Assembly: GCA_043803685.1 (NCBI GenBank)
Contig: JAZDJU010000030.1
Span: 1-21,497, forward strand
DNA: 21,497 nt
DNA from: Candidatus Omnitrophota bacterium
GTDB taxonomy: Bacteria; Omnitrophota; Omnitrophia; Omnitrophales; Aquincolibacteriaceae
Direction of reading: 5' to 3'
Part shown: one piece after another, positions 8,503-17,479 of the stretch
Layout: every line of letters starts with the position of its first letter
Numbering within the stretch: position 1 is the first letter of the stretch
Program-made: the position numbers and the translations under genes
Notes under the pieces: generated by a model
The model's input: only the letters and a program-made list of their open reading frames with translations
Database searches by the model: none
What the model was told of the DNA's origin: nothing

Positions 8503-10037
8503 CAGGACTCCATTTTCAGGCGCTCGAGATTATCCCGACAAACACCTTTTAAGGTCGCAAAGTTGAACCCGCTACTCTGCAAAATCATGCGACTCCTGGG
8601 ACTGGGCGTCCCTTTGGAAAGGGCCGTCAGCGTATTCCGGTATTCCCGTACGGCTTCACTCACCCGTCCCTCACTCCGGAAAGCGTGCGCCATGTAAAAA
8701 CGGGCCATCACAAAATCCCTGTCGATATAAAGCGCCCGGTTCAAATGATCTTTCGCCTGCGCGATCCGTCCCGCTTCAAAATCGATACATCCCAACAAAA
8801 AATACGCCGGCGCAAAAAGAGAATTGAGCTCTAAAGCTTTTTTCAAGCGAGCCTTCGCTTCTTCGGGCTGGTTCTTATTGGCAAAAATATCCGCTTCCAG
8901 ATAGTGTATATCGGCCATTCTCTCCCCTTCTAGAGAGACCGTTTCAATCAAGGCAGCGACATTTTCGATCAGATCCGTGGCTTTGGCATAGTCCTTTAAA
9001 TAAATATACCGGACGATCATCTGGCGCAACGCTTCAAATTCTTCCGTCGAAAGCTTTGTGTGCTTTGAATGCTCCGTTGGCACGGCAAGCGTCAGAGGCA
9101 GCGTTTCCTCATCATATTTCTCCTCGGCCGTTTCCCCCGCCGTCCAAAGAGGAGTCGATTCCCCTTCCTCGGATTTTCCGGTAGCCTTCCTGTAATAGAT
9201 GCCCTCCAGCCAGCTTGCGATTCGAAATTTCGGGGTCAAATACTGCAGGCTCTCGGAGGAACCGAGGAAAAGATAGCCCGGATCCGTCATGTTCAAGGCG
9301 AAATCTTCCATGATCTTGATGGTGGTCTTGACTTCGAAATAAATGGTCACATTCCGGCAGAAAACGATATCCAGGTCCGAAGGATACGGATCCTCCACAA
9401 GGTTGAGAAAACTGAATTTCACCATACGTTTGATCTCGTCTGAAAGTTTCCACTCCCCGCTCGCCCTTGAGGTAGCAACCTTGGAAAAATACTTGCTCCG
9501 GTAAGGTTCTTCCACGAGCCGCATGGAATTCTCGCTGTAGATGCCACTTTGGGCTTTCGCCACAGCTTCAGAAGAAGCATCAGTCGCCAGGATCTCGATA
9601 TCCCAATCCCCCAGACTCGGGATCAATTCACGAAGGATCATGGCGATCGTATAAGGCTCCTCGCCGGTCGAACACCCCGCGCTCCAGATCCGCAGCTTCG
9701 GTTTTTCACCGGAGGTACTGTCCAAGACCTGCCGCTTCTTCTGCGCGATAAGGTCCGGAAGCACTTTGTCCTTCAAGGCCGCAAACTGAGGTTCATTGCG
9801 AAAAAAATAGGTGTGATTGATGGTCAGGAGATTGAGAAGCTCGCGGAATTCGATCTCTTTTTCTTGAGACGTCGTAAGGTGGAGGTAATAGGCGTGAACG
9901 GAATCGAACCCGAGAACCTTCATTCTTTGGATCACGCCGGATTCGAGATTTTTAAGATCGTGATCGCGAAAATAAAGTCCGCACCGTTCGGAGATCTGGA
10001 CTTTGAGCTGATTGCGGATATCTTCCGGAAAATTCAT
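8502..10037 (-). CDS. cheR: CheR methyltransferase with C-terminal TPR region (WspC/FrzF-like)
   Basis: TYFFRN, IWSAGCSTGEEPYT, ILATD, VFCRNV motifs. C-terminal TPR-like helices (AKARLKKALELNSLFAPAYFLLG, ALYIDRDFVMARFYMA). Confidence 0.95.
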   Translation of the reverse strand: MNFPEDIRNQLKVQISERCGLYFRDHDLKNLESGVIQRMKVLGFDSVHAYYLHLTTSQEKEIEFRELLNLLTINHTYFFRNEPQFAALKDKVLPDLIAQKKRQVLDSTSGEKPKLRIWSAGCSTGEEPYTIAMILRELIPSLGDWDIEILATDASSEAVAKAQSGIYSENSMRLVEEPYRSKYFSKVATSRASGEWKLSDEIKRMVKFSFLNLVEDPYPSDLDIVFCRNVTIYFEVKTTIKIMEDFALNMTDPGYLFLGSSESLQYLTPKFRIASWLEGIYYRKATGKSEEGESTPLWTAGETAEEKYDEETLPLTLAVPTEHSKHTKLSTEEFEALRQMIVRYIYLKDYAKATDLIENVAALIETVSLEGERMADIHYLEADIFANKNQPEEAKARLKKALELNSLFAPAYFLLGCIDFEAGRIAQAKDHLNRALYIDRDFVMARFYMAHAFRSEGRVSEAVREYRNTLTALSKGTPSPRSRMILQSSGFNFATLKGVCRDNLERLKMES

Positions 10038-10259
10038 GCTTGGGTAGATCCTTTAATGATGATTGATCACGTCGAAGGGCACCCTCTATCTATCGGAGAA
10101 AATTCCAATTTCTCAAGTTTGATCAGGCTAATGCTGTTTCCGCCTCGTTTGAATCCTCAATAAAGATCATCGGAAAAACGGCTAAGGGGTGGGGGACACT
10201 CATCCAGGATGAGATCGACGGGCCAGAGGAAGAAGTTTGATCGCCGAAAAAAAAGAAAG

Positions 10260-10601
10260 CTACGGCTTGGAGGTCTGCTTAAAGGACTTGTTGAAATCCT
10301 GCCATTGCTGCTCGGCCTGCTTCTGAAGTTCTCGGGCTTTTTCCTGAAGCTGCTTGGAAAGTTCATCCCACTGCTCCCGAAGTGTCTTCACAGTATCTCG
10401 CACCTCAACCTCTACTTTTTGGGAAGCTTCGCCCACCTTAGTGGCCCCGGTCGATAAACTCTCATCCGCTGTCTCTTTCAGCTGTCGGGCCGCTTCGCCC
10501 GCCTTGCTCCCGAGCGACGCCTGATCGTCTGCCGCATAGCAGGTGCCCACCAAGATCGATATCGTTAAAAACGACACCCCTATGATTTTAAATTTCATCA
10601 T
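10260..10601 (-). CDS. Hypothetical secreted helical protein
   Basis: GAGGGG RBS before tandem ATGs (10601/10598). Signal peptide MKFKIIGVSFLTISILVGTCYA, then a charged Ala/Glu/Gln/Lys amphipathic helix. Confidence 0.75.
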   Translation of the reverse strand: MMKFKIIGVSFLTISILVGTCYAADDQASLGSKAGEAARQLKETADESLSTGATKVGEASQKVEVEVRDTVKTLREQWDELSKQLQEKARELQKQAEQQWQDFNKSFKQTSKP

Positions 10602-10686
10602 CCACCCCTCATCTGCCATTGTTAATCTCAAAGCTAAAGACCCAAGCTTTGACTGCAGTCTCTCATCTTCGGTCTTTAGTCCCAAG

Positions 10687-11478
10687 TTAGCCTTTATAAT
10701 ATTTTTCCGCTTCTGGGGTCTCTTTTTGGATATCCGCGATCCGACGCGCATTCGCGGGATGGGTCGAAAGAAGCTCCGGCGGCTTTGCTCCGCCTAAAGC
10801 GCTCATCCGTTCCCAGAAAGCCACTGCGGTCTTGGGGTCATAACCCGCCCGGGCCATCAGTACGAGACCGATATGATCGGCTTCCGATTCGTGACTTCGA
10901 CTGTACGGCAGAAGGATCCCGACCTGAGACCCTGCGCCATAGGCCTGCATCAGGATCTTCTGAGCCAATACAGGTTTTGATTTTGTGATCTGAGCGAGTC
11001 CCATGCCGCCCGCCTGGACCACAAGCTCCTGACTCATGCGCTCACCGCCATGATTCGCGATCGCATGCGCCACTTCATGGCTCATCACCGTCGCCAAGCC
11101 ATTCTCATCTTTCACCACCGGCAGGATCCCCGTATAAAACACGATCTTCCCGCCGGGCATACAAAACGCGTTGACGGTCTTATCATCCTGGATGAGATTG
11201 AATTCCCATTTGTAATTCTTGAGGTCCTTTTCCATCCCATTCTCGCGCATGAAAGTCTCAGCCGAAGCCGCGATCTTCTGACCGACCTCCGTCAACTTCT
11301 GATTCCATGAGGCATCGGTCGAGATCGTGGCCTTGTTCAGAACATCTTTGTAACTTTGATCGCTCAAGGTCAGAAGCTCCCCCTGAGGAATGAAGGAAAG
11401 TTGCCGCCGACCCGTGATCGGGACCGTGGAACAACCGATAAAAAAAAGCAGGATCGCAACGCGGGAAATTTTTTTCAT
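10687..11478 (-). CDS. M48-family zinc metallopeptidase, probable lipoprotein
   Basis: NAFCMPGGKI, HEVAH zinc motif, YSRSHESEAD, LSTHP; lipobox FFIGC. Likely start ATG 11478. Confidence 0.93.
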   Translation of the reverse strand: MKKISRVAILLFFIGCSTVPITGRRQLSFIPQGELLTLSDQSYKDVLNKATISTDASWNQKLTEVGQKIAASAETFMRENGMEKDLKNYKWEFNLIQDDKTVNAFCMPGGKIVFYTGILPVVKDENGLATVMSHEVAHAIANHGGERMSQELVVQAGGMGLAQITKSKPVLAQKILMQAYGAGSQVGILLPYSRSHESEADHIGLVLMARAGYDPKTAVAFWERMSALGGAKPPELLSTHPANARRIADIQKETPEAEKYYKG

Positions 11479-11579
11479 AGGATCAATCTCCATTTGGATA
11501 AAGAAGATGCGCTTTTGGACGTTTCTTACTGTGGCGGGTTATTATACAATGCCTTTTATTCTATGGAGGAAAAATTCAA

Positions 11580-12938
11580 ATGCCGTTGGTGGTCCGAAAA
11601 AGCAATCCTGTTCTGGCTTCTTTTCTGATCCTGTCCCTCGTCTTTTCCGGGTGCGTCCGCTACCGCCCCCATATCACAGATCGCGCCTCTTTTATGGAAA
11701 GAGCTCAGACGCAAACACGCAACGACTTGACGGTTACTCTCACGGTGCTGAGCAACAAGGAAGCGAAAAAGTTCTTCGGAACCTCCTTGTCCAAAAGAGG
11801 TATCCAACCACTTTGGCTGGAGATCGACAACCGCGGCGATACAACCTTCTTTCTGATCCCAAGGAATATGGACCCCAATTATTATTCCGCGGAAGAGGCC
11901 ACCTATATGGCCCATTACAGACAAACCCGCCAATTTTTCGAAGCCGGGCTCCTCGCGGTCATCTTCTTCCCAGCCCTCGTCCTGGTCCCGATCAATTTTT
12001 TTGCGGTCCGCCACGCGAATAATGAAATGGACTCGGTCTTCAATGAAGTCTCCATGCATAGTCATGTGATCCAACCCGGGGAAAAACACGAGGGATTTCT
12101 CTATACCTCCGTCGATCAGGGCACCAAACATGTCAAAGTTGATCTTATCGCGGACGGAAAACGCGAGATCTTTGATTTCATGGTGACCGTCCCCGGCATG
12201 AAACCCGATTACACCACGAAGGATCTTGCCAGCCGTTATTCGGAACAAACGATCCTGGAATACACGGCCAAGGATTTTCCCGGACACCTCGAACAACTTC
12301 CCTGCTGCACGACGAACAAAAAGGACTCCCAGAACGGCGACCCTCTGAACTTGGTCGTAATCGGAGAGCTCGAGGACCTCATCACGATCTTCACTTCTTC
12401 AGGCTGGGATGAAACTTCCGCGCTTACGGTGGGCTCAGGACTTTCTATGGCTAAAGCCTTCCTCACGGGAGAAAACGATCGCTATTCCCCGGTCAGTCCT
12501 CTTTACTATCACCGCCATCCCCAGGACATCGCATTCCAGAAGACGAGGGATAACATCAACCAACGCCTGCATTTCCGTCTTTGGTACACGCCGATGCGCT
12601 ACAACGGAAAGCCCGTCTGGATGGGCGCCATCAGCCGTGATATCGGCGTCAAGTTCACTTTCAAGACATGGTATATGACCACGCACAAGATCGACCCGAA
12701 TCTGGATGACTCGCGCGATTATCTTCTGGCGGACCTGCTCGAAATGCAAAGGGTCTCAAAATACGGCTTCGTTGCGAACCCCGGCCTTGAACAACCGGAA
12801 CATAAAAATAAAAATCTCACGGGCGACGCATACTTCACGGACAACAAGCGACTTGTGATCGAACTTTCGACCGAGGATACTCCGCTTAGCGCTTTCTCCT
12901 GGGGACGCTTGAGCGAAGACGTATCGAAGAAAGCATAA
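11580..12938 (+). CDS. Putative lipoprotein with LssY-like C-terminal domain
   Basis: GGAGGA RBS; lipobox VFSGC. C-terminal GDPLNL, VSPLY...QDIAFQK, RLHFRLW, THKIDPNLDDSRD motifs recognised as LssY_C-like. Confidence 0.75.
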   Translation: MPLVVRKSNPVLASFLILSLVFSGCVRYRPHITDRASFMERAQTQTRNDLTVTLTVLSNKEAKKFFGTSLSKRGIQPLWLEIDNRGDTTFFLIPRNMDPNYYSAEEATYMAHYRQTRQFFEAGLLAVIFFPALVLVPINFFAVRHANNEMDSVFNEVSMHSHVIQPGEKHEGFLYTSVDQGTKHVKVDLIADGKREIFDFMVTVPGMKPDYTTKDLASRYSEQTILEYTAKDFPGHLEQLPCCTTNKKDSQNGDPLNLVVIGELEDLITIFTSSGWDETSALTVGSGLSMAKAFLTGENDRYSPVSPLYYHRHPQDIAFQKTRDNINQRLHFRLWYTPMRYNGKPVWMGAISRDIGVKFTFKTWYMTTHKIDPNLDDSRDYLLADLLEMQRVSKYGFVANPGLEQPEHKNKNLTGDAYFTDNKRLVIELSTEDTPLSAFSWGRLSEDVSKKA

Positions 12939-12983
12939 GCACCGCATGCTTGGGTGCTATGCGCTCCCCCTCCAAGAACACAT

Positions 12984-13019
12984 AAAAAAACCCCGCTGAC
13001 CGAAGTCAGCGGGGTTTTT
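12984..13019. terminator. Bidirectional intrinsic terminator between convergent genes
   Basis: A7-CCCCGCTGAC-CGAA-GTCAGCGGGG-T5: perfect 10-bp GC-rich stem, UUCG loop on the minus strand, U-tracts in both directions. Confidence 0.93.
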
Positions 13020-13039
13020 AACAGTTCCAGTTGTGGTTC

Positions 13040-13240
13040 TTAGATCTTCACAACGTTGGAGGCTTGTTCGCCCTTGGGACCGTGGGTCACTTCAAATTCG
13101 ACCGCCTGGCCTTCTTCCAAAGACTTGTATCCCTCGCCCTGGATCGCCGTATGATGCACGAACACATCAGCGCCGCCCTCACGGGAGATAAATCCATAGC
13201 CTTTTGAGTTGTTGAACCACTTCACTTTGCCTTGTACCAT
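13040..13240 (-). CDS. Cold-shock protein (CspA family)
   Basis: 66 aa; GKVKWFN, RNP1 KGYGFI, RNP2 DVFVH; AAGGAG RBS. Confidence 0.97.
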   Translation of the reverse strand: MVQGKVKWFNNSKGYGFISREGGADVFVHHTAIQGEGYKSLEEGQAVEFEVTHGPKGEQASNVVKI

Positions 13241-13371
13241 GGTTGATGTTGCTCCTTTTCTTGATTAGTAACGCATGACAAGTTCAACCTTCACTACGGT
13301 AAAAACATCAACCTGGTTCAGTTGGAACTGGCCTGCTGTATTGTCCCCTTCCGGGGAGCCTCAAACAGGGT

Positions 13372-13412
13372 AAAAACAAAAAAACCGCAAGGCAAACACA
13401 AGACCTTGCGGT
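13372..13412 (-). terminator. Intrinsic terminator hairpin between mnmA and csp
   Basis: Minus strand ACCGCAAGG-11 nt-CCTTGCGGT followed by TTTTTTGTTTTT. Confidence 0.8.
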
Positions 13413-13448
13413 ACACATCATGTTCGACCTTCTGTTCAAGACTTGTGC

Positions 13449-13477
13449 ACTATGCTCTATTTTGAAGGTTTTGTCAA
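13449..13477 (-). promoter_or_regulatory. Putative sigma70 promoter upstream of csp
   Basis: TTGACA (13477-13472), 17-nt spacer, CATAGT (13454-13449). Confidence 0.6.
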
Positions 13478-13480
13478 ATT

Positions 13481-14587
13481 CTATTTTGAGAAATACTGGG
13501 AACGCGAGGGCAAGATCTCTCCCCCACCGAGGCACACGGATCTTCGGTAAAGAACGGCAAACTGACCGGGAGTCACCGCCCGTTGGGGCTTATCAAAAAG
13601 GATCTTCGCCCGGTTCCCGGAAAGAGGAAAAAGTTTTCCGGGCGCAGCCGCCTGACGATAACGGATCTTGGCTTTGATCCGCACAGGCTGCTTGGGCTTC
13701 CCCCCGATAAAATTACAAGGTGAAAGGAGCACTTCCCGGCTCAAAAGTTTTTTTTCGTCGCGAGTCACGCGAAGAACATTTCGCGCCGTGTCCGATCCCA
13801 TTACAAAGAAAGGCCCGCCGGAAAACCCGAGTCCCTTGCGCTGCCCCACGGTGTAGAAATGAAGCCCCTGGTGCTTGCCGATCACATGACCCGCATCGTC
13901 CTGAACCTCGCCCTCGCTCTTACCAATCTCCTGCGCGAGAAACGCTCCCAGCGCATTTCCTGAAACGAAACAAAAATCCTGACTCTGTTTGCGCTCAAGA
14001 AAGATCTCAAAGCCGCGGTCGGCGGCCATCTGATAGATCTCTTGCTTCGTGTACTCACCCAGGGGAAACACCACATGGCGGAGTTGCTCCTGCGAAAGAA
14101 AACTGAGCGGGTACGTCTGGTCTTTTTCCGCATCTTTGCCTGTCAGGAGTTCGATCTTACGGGTCTTCGGGTCTTTCCGGACCCGCGCATAATGCCCGGT
14201 GGCCACGTGCGCGATACCGTGCCGCTTCGCCCACTCTAGCAGCTTCCTGAATTTGAGGTGACGGTTACACATGACGCAAGGATTCGGAGTCTTATGTCCG
14301 CGAAGACGGGCGAGAAAATAATCGACGACTTCTTTTTTGAAATCACGTGACACGTCCACGATATGATAAGGCACGTCGAGCTTTTTACAGACGCTTTCCG
14401 CAAGCTGAAAAGATTCCTTACTGCCGCAGACATTCTCCTGGAGGCCGTTCGTTTCATCGTCCCATACGGGAAACTGGAGTGAAACGCCGACGGGGTTCCA
14501 ACCCTTTTCTTTCAGAAGCATGAGCGCCATGGAAGAATCCACCCCCCCGGACATCCCGACTACGATAGGCTTACGTTTTTTTTCCAT
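13481..14587 (-). CDS. mnmA: tRNA 2-thiouridine(34) synthase MnmA
   Basis: PP-loop GMSGGVDSS, TPNPCVMCN, ATGHY, KDQTY, SQDFCF, YTVGQRKGLG, AVTPGQ. Confidence 0.96.
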   Translation of the reverse strand: MEKKRKPIVVGMSGGVDSSMALMLLKEKGWNPVGVSLQFPVWDDETNGLQENVCGSKESFQLAESVCKKLDVPYHIVDVSRDFKKEVVDYFLARLRGHKTPNPCVMCNRHLKFRKLLEWAKRHGIAHVATGHYARVRKDPKTRKIELLTGKDAEKDQTYPLSFLSQEQLRHVVFPLGEYTKQEIYQMAADRGFEIFLERKQSQDFCFVSGNALGAFLAQEIGKSEGEVQDDAGHVIGKHQGLHFYTVGQRKGLGFSGGPFFVMGSDTARNVLRVTRDEKKLLSREVLLSPCNFIGGKPKQPVRIKAKIRYRQAAAPGKLFPLSGNRAKILFDKPQRAVTPGQFAVLYRRSVCLGGGEILPSRSQYFSK

Positions 14588-14597
14588 GACGAAACAC

Positions 14598-15290
14598 TCA
14601 GGGCCTTCCGGAGAAGTGATAAAAACCGGAGAGACGAAGGCTGAAAGCGAAGTCGGAGCTTGAGGAACCCGAGATCTTGATGCGCCGCAGAAGATAGGGA
14701 TGGCCTACGTATTTCGGGTCATGCACATGACTTGCAGCGCAACCGTAGACATACCCTGCCTCGCGAGCCATTGTGACGATCTTGTCATTAAAGGAACCGC
14801 ACGGATAAGACACCGCCTTGATCTGGCACCCCAGCTTGTCCTCCAGGATCTTTTTGGATGTGACCAAAGAAGCCCGCGCTTCATCTTCAGAGGTATCTGC
14901 AAAAGCTTTGTGCGCGACCCCGTGACTTCCGATCTCGATCCCGGGCACCGCGCTCATTTCACGGAGCATGTCCCAGGTCATAAACCCCTTTTTACCGACA
15001 TCTTCTGTCGTCACGAAAAATGCGGCTGAAAATTTGAACTCTTTAAGGATAGAAAAAGCAAATTCATAGTTGTCCATATAACCGTCATCGAACGTGATCG
15101 CGGTCTGACGTTCCCAAAAACTTTCTTTCCATTTCGCGGCGGCACACGCCCCGAGACCGACCACTTGACATTGCCTCTGTTTGATCCAGGACATCTGTTT
15201 GCGGAAAAGATCGGGACTAATCGCGAGTTTATTTGGAAATCGCTGGGGGTCAAGACTGTGGTAAGCGAGGATCGGAATGAACTTCTTCAT
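14598..15290 (-). CDS. Polysaccharide deacetylase (NodB/CE4 family)
   Basis: PILAYH, TFDDG, GSHGVAH, SYPCG motifs. Start ATG 15290 overlaps the GT4 stop (ATGA). Confidence 0.9.
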   Translation of the reverse strand: MKKFIPILAYHSLDPQRFPNKLAISPDLFRKQMSWIKQRQCQVVGLGACAAAKWKESFWERQTAITFDDGYMDNYEFAFSILKEFKFSAAFFVTTEDVGKKGFMTWDMLREMSAVPGIEIGSHGVAHKAFADTSEDEARASLVTSKKILEDKLGCQIKAVSYPCGSFNDKIVTMAREAGYVYGCAASHVHDPKYVGHPYLLRRIKISGSSSSDFAFSLRLSGFYHFSGRP

Positions 15291-16405
15291 GCCCTTTCCT
15301 TCAGGACCTGGTCGTAAACTTTCTGGACGCGTTCGCACATTCTCACCGAACTGTACTCCAAAGCCGCCTTTCGGGCAGCCGCCCCCATCTTCGCGCGAAG
15401 CGAGGGATCTTTCGCATAGCGAAGAAGGCAAGACGTGAGATCAGAGACATCTTCTCTGACAAAAAGAAGGCCGTATTTCCCGTGTCCCAGAAGATCCACG
15501 ATCCCTCCGGAGATCGATCCCGCCACAGGCAGTCCCACCGTCATCGCCTCCAGAACAGAAAGCCCAAAAGCTTCCGGCCAAAGATAGGGCGCCGCAAAAA
15601 TGTCGCCGGCCTGGAACGGTTTTTCGATCGCGGGCTCATTCCCAAGGAAAAGCACATCCTTCTCCAGATGTAACTCCCGGACACGATCCTTCAACCCTTG
15701 GGTGTAAACAGAATCACCCGCGCCTGCCACAAGCAGCTTCAATCCCGAAACTTCCTTATGGGCTGCCGCAAAAGCCTCGATCAGAATGTGAACGCCCTTG
15801 ACCGGGATCAACCGGGAAAGCGACAGCACCACGAGATCTTGATCACAATACCCGTAATCTTTCCGGATCTTGACACGATCAACGCTATCGAATTTTCCGC
15901 GCAAATGTTCCACATCGATCCCGTTGGGGACGACCGTAATGGGAGGCAATTCCTTTTCCTTGAAGATCGTCCGCAGACCTTCCTCCATGACCGTGGAGAT
16001 GGCAATGATCGTTTTCCCCCAACACGGGAAAAACCGTCGGCCCAAACGGCGTTTATAGAACATATGCGCCGTTGAAACGTAAGGGACCCCGGCAAAAAAA
16101 GTCGCTACTCCGGCAAGTACTTGGGTGACGCGCGTATGCGTGTGAACGATGTCGATAGAATGGGTCTTCAGAGCATGAAGAAGCTTGGGGAGCGCAAACC
16201 AAAGCCTGGGAGAAAGCTCGCTTTTACAGCGGGGGACATCTCCCAAGACCGTGCATCCCAGGGCTCGAAAGTCATCGGATTGAGTCCCGTGTTCGCCCCA
16301 CACGAACACCTCATGCCCGGCCTTGACCTGTTCCCCGGCCAGGGTCCGGATATAAGTGGTAATGCCGCCGATATTCAGATGGTTCACAAGATGCAGGATT
16401 TTCAA
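15287..16405 (-). CDS. Glycosyltransferase family 4 (GT-B fold)
   Basis: MKILH...GGI, VHTH, VPNGID, SRLIPVKG, EAFGLSVLEAM (ExFGxxxxEA). TTG start with GAGGGG RBS. Confidence 0.93.
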   Translation of the reverse strand: MKILHLVNHLNIGGITTYIRTLAGEQVKAGHEVFVWGEHGTQSDDFRALGCTVLGDVPRCKSELSPRLWFALPKLLHALKTHSIDIVHTHTRVTQVLAGVATFFAGVPYVSTAHMFYKRRLGRRFFPCWGKTIIAISTVMEEGLRTIFKEKELPPITVVPNGIDVEHLRGKFDSVDRVKIRKDYGYCDQDLVVLSLSRLIPVKGVHILIEAFAAAHKEVSGLKLLVAGAGDSVYTQGLKDRVRELHLEKDVLFLGNEPAIEKPFQAGDIFAAPYLWPEAFGLSVLEAMTVGLPVAGSISGGIVDLLGHGKYGLLFVREDVSDLTSCLLRYAKDPSLRAKMGAAARKAALEYSSVRMCERVQKVYDQVLKERA

Positions 16406-16446
16406 GACTTCCCCCTCAACGTGACTCCGGATTATAGTCCAAACCT

Positions 16447-16482
16447 AAAAAAAAGAGGAGCTCATCGCAGAGCCCCCCTTTT
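16447..16482 (-). terminator. Intrinsic terminator downstream of mscL
   Basis: Minus strand GGGGGGCTC-TGCGAT-GAGCTCCTC (with G-U pairs) followed by T8. Confidence 0.85.
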
Positions 16483-16497
16483 CGAGATCGATCAACG

Positions 16498-16941
16498 TTA
16501 GAACTGGGACGTACAATTCGGACAGCGAACCGCCTTGATCGCGATCGTAGAACAACAAAAGGGGCACTCCTTGGTCGTCGGCGCGGCCGGAGATCCGGGT
16601 TTGGCCGGTTTCTGGAGTTTATTGATCTGCTTGATCATGATAAAGATCACGAACGCGACGATCAAAAAATTGATCACGTTATTGAGGAACAACCCGTAAT
16701 TCAGGGTCGGGGCGCCGGCCTTCTGCGCCTCGGCCAAGGACGCGAACGCCTTCCCGGACATATTGAGATAGAGGCTGCTAAAATCCACCTTGCCGAGCAA
16801 AAGCCCGATCGGCGGCATGATAATATCACTCACCATCGACGCGACGATCTTGCCGAACGCGCCGCCGATGATCACACCGACCGCCATGTCAATGACATTG
16901 CCCCGCATCACAAATTGTTTAAATTCATCAACAATCTTCAT
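16498..16941 (-). CDS. mscL: Large-conductance mechanosensitive channel MscL with C-terminal Cys-rich (zinc-ribbon-like) tail
   Basis: [45 protein letters not shown]; tail CPFC...RCPNCTS. Confidence 0.96.
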   Translation of the reverse strand: MKIVDEFKQFVMRGNVIDMAVGVIIGGAFGKIVASMVSDIIMPPIGLLLGKVDFSSLYLNMSGKAFASLAEAQKAGAPTLNYGLFLNNVINFLIVAFVIFIMIKQINKLQKPAKPGSPAAPTTKECPFCCSTIAIKAVRCPNCTSQF

Positions 16942-16953
16942 GGAAGTTTTTCC

Positions 16954-17337
16954 TTAAGACTTAGCCGGTTCGATCTGGATCTTTTTGTAATCCCCGCCTT
17001 TTTCCTGAAAAGCCTTCGAATAAACCCGGTACCGCTCGAAAAGAGCCTCCCCATCGCGGCCAATCTCGATGATGCGGCGCGCCATGGCCTTGTTATTGAA
17101 AACCTTGTCCACGGGCATTTTTTGTATTTCGCTCTGGATCTTCTGGATCTCAGCTTTTTTGGCACGAATCGCGGCAGCATAGGCGGACGCAGTGACCTCG
17201 AGTTGCGCGACTGACATCGTCACGACTTCCTTTCGGATTTCGTCGACAGACTTCTTAGGATCCGCCTTTTTCGCGCAGCCCGCGAAAGAAATGATCGTCA
17301 AAGCCAAAAACAATACCGGAATAGATCGAAATTTCAT
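16954..17337 (-). CDS. Hypothetical lipoprotein, helical
   Basis: AAGGAGG RBS; lipobox SFAGC; coiled-coil-like body. Ends 12 nt before the mscL start. Confidence 0.8.
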   Translation of the reverse strand: MKFRSIPVLFLALTIISFAGCAKKADPKKSVDEIRKEVVTMSVAQLEVTASAYAAAIRAKKAEIQKIQSEIQKMPVDKVFNNKAMARRIIEIGRDGEALFERYRVYSKAFQEKGGDYKKIQIEPAKS

Positions 17338-17425
17338 AGGATGGCCTCCTTAGACTGAGCAATGGACTCTCTAACTTTCGCGAACCTTAGCAACTCACAT
17401 CGGAAACTTGAGTGTTTCTACAACT

Positions 17426-17479
17426 AAAAAAGAGCGTCCCCCAGTGACACCCATTCGAACTGCCTCTGAGATGGACGCT
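17426..17479 (-). terminator. Long imperfect hairpin with U-tract (terminator-like) and a T-loop-like loop
   Basis: Minus strand AGCGTCC/GGACGCT (7 bp), CTCAG/CTGGG (5 bp), GGCA/TGTC (4 bp), loop GTTCGAATGGG, followed by CTTTTTT. Confidence 0.6.

Noticed and set aside
11556..12296. 246-aa minus-strand ORF and the 11390-12022 + ORF
   Set aside because: Both overlap the LssY-C lipoprotein gene, which has an RBS, lipobox and domain motifs.
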